A stretch of DNA of 64,000 nt from Planctomycetota bacterium (lineage in GTDB: Bacteria > Planctomycetota > UBA1135 > UBA2386), in NCBI GenBank assembly GCA_046290465.1, contig JBKAGP010000001.1, positions 4,032,001 to 4,096,000 on the forward strand, read 5' to 3'. Shown here piece after piece: positions 57,931 to 64,000 of the stretch. Below the pieces are notes generated by a model. The model did no database searches. It saw only the letters and a program-made list of their open reading frames with translations, and was not told where the DNA came from. Every line of letters starts with the position of its first letter. Positions within the stretch are counted from its first letter, which is position 1. The translations under genes were made by a program, and so were the position numbers.

Positions 57931-58572
57931 CTACGGCCGCAGCTCGGGCTCGGGCGCCTCGCAGACGACCTCGACGGGCGTGCCGGTGATCGGATGTGCG
58001 AGCTTGAGGCTCCATGAGTGCAGCATGACCCTGGGGTAACGCTCACCGGGACGCGCGCGGTAGCCGTACTTCCTGTCCCCGGCGACGGGGCAGCCAAGTG
58101 CGGCGAGGTGGACGCGGATCTGGTTGCGTCGCCCCGTCTCCAAGCGACAACGAACCAGGCTGCCGCGTCCCCGACGCGCCACGGTCGCATAGTGGGTGAC
58201 GGCACGTCGGCCGCCCCGACGAACGACCCGCACGATTCCGTCCGGTCCTTCTTCCAGGTGGCTCTCGATGCAGCCAGACTCCGGTGAGGGCACAGCCGTC
58301 GTCAGGGCCAAGTAGTCCCGTTCGGCTGCGTGGTCACGGAACGTCCGGTCGAGCCCTCGCTGTGCGTGCTCGTCGAACGCGAACGCCAGGCACCCGGTGG
58401 TGTATTCGTCGAGCCGGTGCACGGCGATCACCCGTTGCCCGAGCTGCTTCGTAAGCATGTCCACCAGGCAGGGTTCGGTACGGCCCGCGGCGGGCACGAC
58501 GAGCACCCCGGCGGGCTTGTGCACGATCAGCAGGTGATCGTCACGGTGCAGAACGGCGACCTCTCTCGGCAT
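57931..58572 (-). CDS. RluA-family pseudouridine synthase
   Basis: HKPAG, VHRLDEYTTG, LETGRRNQIRVHL, GDRKYG, LHS. Confidence 0.92.
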   Translation of the reverse strand: MPREVAVLHRDDHLLIVHKPAGVLVVPAAGRTEPCLVDMLTKQLGQRVIAVHRLDEYTTGCLAFAFDEHAQRGLDRTFRDHAAERDYLALTTAVPSPESGCIESHLEEGPDGIVRVVRRGGRRAVTHYATVARRGRGSLVRCRLETGRRNQIRVHLAALGCPVAGDRKYGYRARPGERYPRVMLHSWSLKLAHPITGTPVEVVCEAPEPELRP

Positions 58573-58594
58573 CGCAGCCGACGATCGGTGCCGC

Positions 58595-59869
58595 CTAGTG
58601 CAGGCGCAAGTGGTACTGCTGGATCTTGCGGTAGAGGGTCGCGCGCCCGATGCCGAGCAGCTGCGCAGCGCGGCGCACGTTGCCCTTGGTGGCCTGCAGC
58701 GCGCGGCCGAGCAGGAACTTCTCTTCGTCCTCGAACGGACGGATGCAGTCCTCGGTCAGCTCGACCTCATCGGCCTTGGCGTTGCCGGTCGCCGAAGCGG
58801 CCGGCGCGGCGGTCGGCGCCGCACCGCTGCTGGCGGGAGCCATGAGCTGGTCGCGGTCGATCGGCGCACCACCGGCGAGCATCTGCCCGCGGCGGATGGT
58901 CGCTTCGAGCTGCGCGACGTTGCCAGGCCACTGCATGCTTTCGAGCAGCATGCGGGCGGCCGGCGTGAAGCCCTGGTGGTTGCGACCCGACGCCGGAACG
59001 CCCGAGTCGAGGATCGCGTCGGCCAGCGTCTGGATGTCGTCGACCCGTTCGTGCAGCCCCGGCACCATGATCGGGAACGCGTGCAGCCGGTAGAACAGGT
59101 CCTCGCGGAACGCACCGCGCGCGACCAGCTCCGGGATGTGGGCCGACGTCGTCGTGATCAGTCGCACCAGCGACGGCGCGCGCGACGTCGAGCGCTCCTT
59201 GAGGTGCTTGACCAGCGCAGCCTGCGCGTTGGCGGGCAGCTGGTCGACGGCCTCGAGCACGAAGGTCGTCTGCGGGTTGCCGGCGATCGTCTTGGTGAGC
59301 TCGTCGGCGGACAGCGTCGCGCAGTCCTTGACGACGATCGTCTGGTCGGCACGGCGGCTCTTGAGGTGGATGGCCCGCGCGGCCAGCGACTTGCCCGAAC
59401 CGACCGGGCCTTCGATCAGCACGGTCGCGTCGCAATCGGCAGCGCGCGAGACGGCGCTCTGCAGGCGACGCATGACCGGCGTGCTGCCGACGAGCGCGGA
59501 ACCGCTGCGGATGCCCTCGACGAGGGCCTCGAGTTCGGCGACGCGCGCGCTCTTCTGCGCCAGCTCCACCGCGACGGCGGCGAGACCGGCGATCGTGTCC
59601 TGACCCAGGTCGGCGTCGTCGTCGACGCGCAGCACCGGCACGGTCACGCCGGCAGGGACGTCCGCAGCCATCGCCTCGTGACAGAAGATCACGTCGACGG
59701 GCTGTTCGACCGAGCCTTCGACCAGCGCGTTCCAGCTGGTGTACGGCACGGCCTCGTGGCCGGCCTGCTCGACGGCGGTCGTCAGTTCGTCGCTGCCTTG
59801 CGGCGAAACCAACCCGATACGCGCGGTCGCGCGCACCGAGTTCTCATTCCCGATCAGTGCGATGGTCAT
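58595..59869 (-). CDS. Degenerate sigma54-interaction / Fis-HTH regulator
   Basis: GPVGSGKS, FREDLFYRL, WPGNV, GNVRRAAQLLGIGRATLYRK; no GAFTGA. Confidence 0.88.
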   Translation of the reverse strand: MTIALIGNENSVRATARIGLVSPQGSDELTTAVEQAGHEAVPYTSWNALVEGSVEQPVDVIFCHEAMAADVPAGVTVPVLRVDDDADLGQDTIAGLAAVAVELAQKSARVAELEALVEGIRSGSALVGSTPVMRRLQSAVSRAADCDATVLIEGPVGSGKSLAARAIHLKSRRADQTIVVKDCATLSADELTKTIAGNPQTTFVLEAVDQLPANAQAALVKHLKERSTSRAPSLVRLITTTSAHIPELVARGAFREDLFYRLHAFPIMVPGLHERVDDIQTLADAILDSGVPASGRNHQGFTPAARMLLESMQWPGNVAQLEATIRRGQMLAGGAPIDRDQLMAPASSGAAPTAAPAASATGNAKADEVELTEDCIRPFEDEEKFLLGRALQATKGNVRRAAQLLGIGRATLYRKIQQYHLRLH

Positions 59870-59995
59870 GCCTTGTCCCAGCCAGGGATCGGCATTCGGA
59901 AGCCTGCCGGTAAAGGCGGCTTGCGCATCGCGCTGGGGGATTCCCCGATGCGCCCATCTGCGCAAGGCGGGGAAAGGCCCGACGCCGCGGGCAGA

Positions 59996-60415
59996 TCAGC
60001 CGTCGATCAGGCGGCGCGACAGCTCGTCGAAATCGATGGTCTCGAGCTCGTCCTGGGTGATCGGCTTCATGCCGCGGAACTTGCGGTACTCCTCGATCGA
60101 GGTCAGCTCGACGTAGTCGCGGGCGGTCATCAGCTTGCCGTCCGCGTCGCGACGCTGCGTCTGCTTGTTGTTCTGCGTCTTGTCGAGCGTCTGCTTGGCA
60201 CGGTGGCAGATCGAGAGCGTGTTCTCGAGGTTGCCGCGGATCTTGGTGAGCCGGTCCTCGTTGGCGCCAGGAGTGTCCATGCTCTTGGTGATCTTGGCGA
60301 TCGCGACCTCGAGCACGGCGATCAGACAGTTCAGCTTCGTCGTCAGGCGGGTGCGGTACTCGGCAGAGCCGAGGGCCTCGGGAAGCTTGGGAGTGTTGTT
60401 CTGTTCGGCGTCCAT
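59996..60415 (-). CDS. Hypothetical helical protein
   Basis: 139-aa ORF, AGAGAGG RBS, strong GC3 bias. Confidence 0.8.
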   Translation of the reverse strand: MDAEQNNTPKLPEALGSAEYRTRLTTKLNCLIAVLEVAIAKITKSMDTPGANEDRLTKIRGNLENTLSICHRAKQTLDKTQNNKQTQRRDADGKLMTARDYVELTSIEEYRKFRGMKPITQDELETIDFDELSRRLIDG

Positions 60416-60443
60416 TCAGTGAACCTCTCTTTGTGTCGAGGGG

Positions 60444-60460
60444 AGCACCGCGTGTGCCAA
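60444..60460 (-). promoter_or_regulatory. Putative sigma54 (-24/-12) promoter
   Basis: Minus strand TTGGCACACGCGGTGCT, GG-N10-GC spacing, ~30 nt upstream of ATG 60415. Confidence 0.6.
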
Positions 60461-60689
60461 CTCCTGTCGAGAACGTGAACACGCCGTGACACGGGGAGAG
60501 GTCACGGACAGGCAGCCCGCCGGTGCGGCGTGGCGTCGCAGATTCGCGACGGTCCCGGTCGCATCCGCCGGACGGCGACGCATGGATGCGACGATCTGGG
60601 AGCGGTTGGCGGCAAGCCGTGCGGCCAGAGAGGTCGGAGCACAGCCCGGTAGCGCGGCGGTGCGATGCGCGGAGGTGCGGCGCCCGGAA

Positions 60690-60809
60690 CCCAGTTGCCC
60701 GATGCCCAGTTGCACGGAGCCCAGTTGCACGGAGCCCAGTTGGCCGATGCCCAGTTGCCCGGAATCCAGCAGCCAGGAGCCCAGCAGCCAGAAACTCAGT
60801 TGCTCAGCG
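60690..60809. repeat. 7-8 x 15-bp tandem repeat running from a stop codon
   Basis: CCCAGTTGC(A/C)CG(G/A).. units with period 15; last unit contains the stop at 60796-60798. Confidence 0.9.
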
Positions 60810-61893
60810 CCTGGCGGTAGATCGTGCGCGCAACGTCGTCGAGGCGCGTCAACGAGCCGCGTCCGGCGACGTGGAAGCTGACACCGTTGTCCCAGAACAC
60901 CAGCGCGCTGACCGCCGGATCGCGGAAGCGGCCGATGGTGTTGGCCGCGGTGCCGGGCAAGCCCTGGAACGGGTTCACCACGTTGACCGTCTGCACGACC
61001 ATGAACTGGTCGATGCCATCGGTGTAGCTCATCACCAGCTTGGCCCGGGCGTTGATCGGGTCCTGGTGGACCTCGACCGACTCGAGCCCGTAGTCGCCGA
61101 CCACGCTCAGGATGTCCGGATCGATCAGGCCGGTCGGGCTGCCGAGGAACGTCTGCGCCGACGCGAAGTCCGGCATCGGCGTGATGACCTGGCTCGGCGC
61201 CATCGCGGTCATGTTCTGCACGCCCGACGTGAATTGCACGGCCTCGATCTCGGCGAAGATCTTGAGCTGGTTGTCGAACTCGGCGACGAACAGCGGGACG
61301 TTGGTCAAGCCGTCGATGTCGACGACCCAGATGGCCTTGTCGACCGTGTTGGGGAACACGACCATCCGCCGCGCGATGCGGCCGGCGCGCACGACCTGGC
61401 CGAAGTCGTGCAGCGTGTAGTTGTTGCCGGCGCGCAGCAGGTCGCGCACCTGGAACGAACCGTGGCGGAAGAACAGCGAGCCGAAGCGCGCGTAGGTCTG
61501 CTGCCACTCGAGGCTGAGCTGCGAGCCCGCGGGCTCACCCTCGACGCCGAGGAAGGTGATCGAGAACTGCGGCTTGTGCGTGCCGTTCGCGACGACCTGG
61601 AGCTGCTCCCGGACGGTGACGACATTGCCGCCGTCGGTGCGGAAGCGGCGGAACTGCTCGACCGTGTAGTCCTCCTGGAGCACGGCCTGGCCGATCGACT
61701 GCAGCGTCGGGATCGAGGATCCGCCCGACTTGGTCTTGCTCAGCGTCGAATTCTGCGACGTCGAGCCAGGCCCCTGCCTCTGGCCCTGCCCCCGCAGACC
61801 GTCCGCGCCCGCCGTGATCACGGCGACCGTCAGCAGCATACAAGTCAGCCAATGGGCGACTTGCGCTCGGAACGTCTGGGGGGAGGGCGACAC
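60796..61893 (-). CDS. MucB/RseB-like exported regulator
   Basis: Signal-like N-terminus; third gene after ECF and anti-sigma; MSYTDGIDQFMV and VVAGR-like motifs. Confidence 0.65.
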   Translation of the reverse strand: MSPSPQTFRAQVAHWLTCMLLTVAVITAGADGLRGQGQRQGPGSTSQNSTLSKTKSGGSSIPTLQSIGQAVLQEDYTVEQFRRFRTDGGNVVTVREQLQVVANGTHKPQFSITFLGVEGEPAGSQLSLEWQQTYARFGSLFFRHGSFQVRDLLRAGNNYTLHDFGQVVRAGRIARRMVVFPNTVDKAIWVVDIDGLTNVPLFVAEFDNQLKIFAEIEAVQFTSGVQNMTAMAPSQVITPMPDFASAQTFLGSPTGLIDPDILSVVGDYGLESVEVHQDPINARAKLVMSYTDGIDQFMVVQTVNVVNPFQGLPGTAANTIGRFRDPAVSALVFWDNGVSFHVAGRGSLTRLDDVARTIYRQALSN

Positions 61894-61959
61894 GAGAGAG
61901 ACGGGCGAACTGTAAACGAGACGAAAACGAGGTGGGGTTGCCTTTGGCAGTTGCCGGGA

Positions 61960-62553
61960 TCAATTCCGTCCACCGCGTCGTGCATGAACGAACGGGATGT
62001 CGGGAGCTTCTCCCAGCTCCATAAAGACGATCGGAGCTTCCTCTTTGGTTCCCTCGGAAACCGTAATCATTCCCAGCACAGCAGCTGCGGCGGCGCCGGC
62101 CAGCAACAGGGGCCACCGACGAGGCTTCTGGCTGCGTGCAACGCTACCCGCGGAGACCTCGTCCAGGATCGTGCGGCGCACGTCCGACCAGGCCTCTGCC
62201 GACGGCGATTCGGGACGCCGGACGAGCTCGCGTGCGAGCTCGGAGTCGATCAGCGAGTCCTCCCACTGCGGCGCGTCGACCTGCTGGGGCGCCGGAGCGG
62301 CGTCGAGCCACTCGGCGACCGGCCCCTGCTCGGCCATCTCGACCGCGCGTTCGTAGACGCCTTCGAGCATGGCCTTACTGGCGAGCTCGGCAGGCACCGG
62401 AGGGCGGGCAGCGACGAAGGCGCCGAGCGCGGCCGGCGCCGCCAGCCGCGCAGAGCAGAACGAACACGACGCGACGTGCCCGGCGGCCTCGGTCGAATCG
62501 GGGTCGCGCAGCACCGCGCGACAGGTCTCATGGATTTGGGGACGAAGGCTCAT
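61960..62553 (-). CDS. Membrane anti-sigma factor (ZAS)
   Basis: HVASCSFC = HxxxCxxC; single TM; overlaps the ECF stop. Confidence 0.8.
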   Translation of the reverse strand: MSLRPQIHETCRAVLRDPDSTEAAGHVASCSFCSARLAAPAALGAFVAARPPVPAELASKAMLEGVYERAVEMAEQGPVAEWLDAAPAPQQVDAPQWEDSLIDSELARELVRRPESPSAEAWSDVRRTILDEVSAGSVARSQKPRRWPLLLAGAAAAAVLGMITVSEGTKEEAPIVFMELGEAPDIPFVHARRGGRN

Positions 62554-63221
62554 CCGACTCCTCCTACGGGATCCTGATCGTCAGGATCGCCCGGTGCGTC
62601 CCCCGTGGCATCCTGTGCATCGAGCTTGCGGCTGACGTCCAGGTGCGGGAAACGGGTGCGAACGGTGTGTTCGAGAGCGAGGTGGGCACGCGCGAGGCGT
62701 GACTTGACCGTTCCCATCGACACGTCGAGGGTTGCGGCCAGATCCTCGTACGACATCTCCTCGAGATAGCGCAGCGCCAGGATGGCGCGCAGCTTCGGGC
62801 TGAGCTTCGAGATCGCGAGCTGGACCTGGTCGCCCACCTCGTGCACGGCGGCCACGTCACGCGGCCCGAGCGACTCGTCGACCATGTCGACCCGGTTCTC
62901 CTGGTCGGAGAGCAAGGTCGGGGCACGCCCCACCTTGTTGCGCCGGCGGTGGTCGATGCTGCAGTTGGCGACGATGCGGAACAGCCACGTGCTGAACAGC
63001 GAGTTGCCCTTGAAGCTGCCGAGCTTGCGGAACAGCAGCGCGAAGCTCTCCTGCACGATGTCGAGCGCATCCGACTGGTTGCCGGAGATCCGGAATGCGA
63101 TCGCGTAGACGCGCTCCCGGTAGCGGTTGAACAGGACCTCGAACGCCTGGTGGAAGCCCTCGCTGTCGGGGTTCCGACAGGCAGCTACCAGCTCGGCATC
63201 GGGGTCGCGCAAGAGTTCCAC
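62550..63221 (-). CDS. ECF sigma factor (RpoE/SigW-like)
   Basis: DALDIVQESF, FSTWLFRI, MSYEDLAATLDVSMGTVKSRLARA. Confidence 0.93.
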   Translation of the reverse strand: MELLRDPDAELVAACRNPDSEGFHQAFEVLFNRYRERVYAIAFRISGNQSDALDIVQESFALLFRKLGSFKGNSLFSTWLFRIVANCSIDHRRRNKVGRAPTLLSDQENRVDMVDESLGPRDVAAVHEVGDQVQLAISKLSPKLRAILALRYLEEMSYEDLAATLDVSMGTVKSRLARAHLALEHTVRTRFPHLDVSRKLDAQDATGDAPGDPDDQDPVGGVG

Positions 63222-63345
63222 GAGTCTTCGACGTGCCGAGCCCGGCCGGGGGTTCCGTCGAAATCGGGTCAGACGTCACAAACGCCTGATCGAGGCCGGG
63301 TTAGCGAGGGGGTCGCGCCGACCGGCGCCGACCGTTCGAAGGTAG

Positions 63346-64000
63346 CTAGTTGCCGCCGATGAGCTCGGTGCCACCGGGAATCGTGATCGTCCAACCGACC
63401 GACTGGCTGCAGCTGCTGTCGCACTCGAGGTCGTTGGCGTCCTCGCAGTCGGCCGCGGTCACGATGTAGGTCGTGCCGGCGGGGCCGACGGTGTCCTCTT
63501 CCAGCGTCAGCACACAGACACGGTTGGACTCGATGCTCATCGAGCTGGAGGTCGACGGGATCGGGCTCAGCGTCTGGATGACGTAGCGGCCATCGCCGAA
63601 CGGGATCAACGTGGCCAGGCCCGCGGGGCCGGGGATCAGCTTCTGGCCGTTGGACAGCTGCTGCCCTTCGACGGTGGTCTCGGCCCAAATCGTGCACGGC
63701 GAGACCGACTGCAGGATCGACTCGTCGACCAACGGGATCGACAGCTGCACCCAGATGCCGTCCTCGGGGGTCACGCGCTCGCGGTAGACCACGCCGGAGG
63801 CTGCAAAGATGTTGAGCGGGAAGCGCACACCCGGCCATTCGGGGCGCTCCAGCCAGGTCTCGAACGAGTGGATCGAGTTGATCCCAGGGTTGGTCGCGCC
63901 GCCCGCCGGCATCACGCGGTGGAAGACGTGCATCCACGTCAGCGGGTCGCCCGAGCCCGGCGTCGGTCCGGTGATCACCAGACGCATCTGCTGGTCGGCG
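63346..64000 (-). CDS. Hypothetical protein, 5'-partial
   Basis: Frame stays open to the window edge; Cys-containing C-terminus. Confidence 0.7.
   Translation of the reverse strand, partial: ADQQMRLVITGPTPGSGDPLTWMHVFHRVMPAGGATNPGINSIHSFETWLERPEWPGVRFPLNIFAASGVVYRERVTPEDGIWVQLSIPLVDESILQSVSPCTIWAETTVEGQQLSNGQKLIPGPAGLATLIPFGDGRYVIQTLSPIPSTSSSMSIESNRVCVLTLEEDTVGPAGTTYIVTAADCEDANDLECDSSCSQSVGWTITIPGGTELIGGN

Noticed and set aside
60690..60809. CRISPR array (also considered 52346-52404 and 37476-37645)
   Set aside because: Units are contiguous tandem repeats without unique spacers, and there are no cas genes.
63222..63256. Autoregulatory ECF promoter (GGAAC...CGTC) before the 63221 sigma gene
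   Set aside because: The 18-nt spacer is longer than typical; too weak to call without TSS data.

Overview
High-GC bacterial DNA. The gene repertoire (ECF sigma factors paired with Ser/Thr kinase-FGE fusions, an ELWxxDGT protein, carboxypeptidase-regulatory-like repeat proteins) suggests a Planctomycetota genome; this is inference only. Bases 1-~21.2 kb are an accessory region built as a tandem array of units. The units are separated by three copies of a tRNA 3'-end core (TTCGAGTCCTGCAGGGCCTACCA at 1493 and 13538, degenerate at 21017). Each core sits in conserved arm motifs: GAGTGTGCAA, GGTCACA and 10-bp-phased TGGCAC repeats. Neither fully visible unit carries a tyrosine integrase. Cargo includes a replication-initiator-like gene (partial), a truncated IS1380, a complete ECF/STK-FGE signalling module, two rve/DDE IS copies each abutting a ParE-type TA pair, an IS91 fragment, an atypical sigma/ZAS pair and toxin/immunity-like debris. 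Bases ~21.2-29.5 kb hold a second ECF/STK-FGE module. Bases ~29.5-64 kb are mostly core genes: murJ, glycosyl/sulfotransferases, sixA, NUDIX, photolyase-like, gyrA, mutY, fabI, cysK-like, moxR, cyaY, histidine kinase, rluA-family, a degenerate sigma54 activator and a sigmaE/anti-sigma/MucB-like operon. This part also has REP-like palindromes, short tandem repeats at gene ends and a candidate small RNA at ~55.9-56.05 kb. All family calls come from motif recognition by eye; no database search was run.
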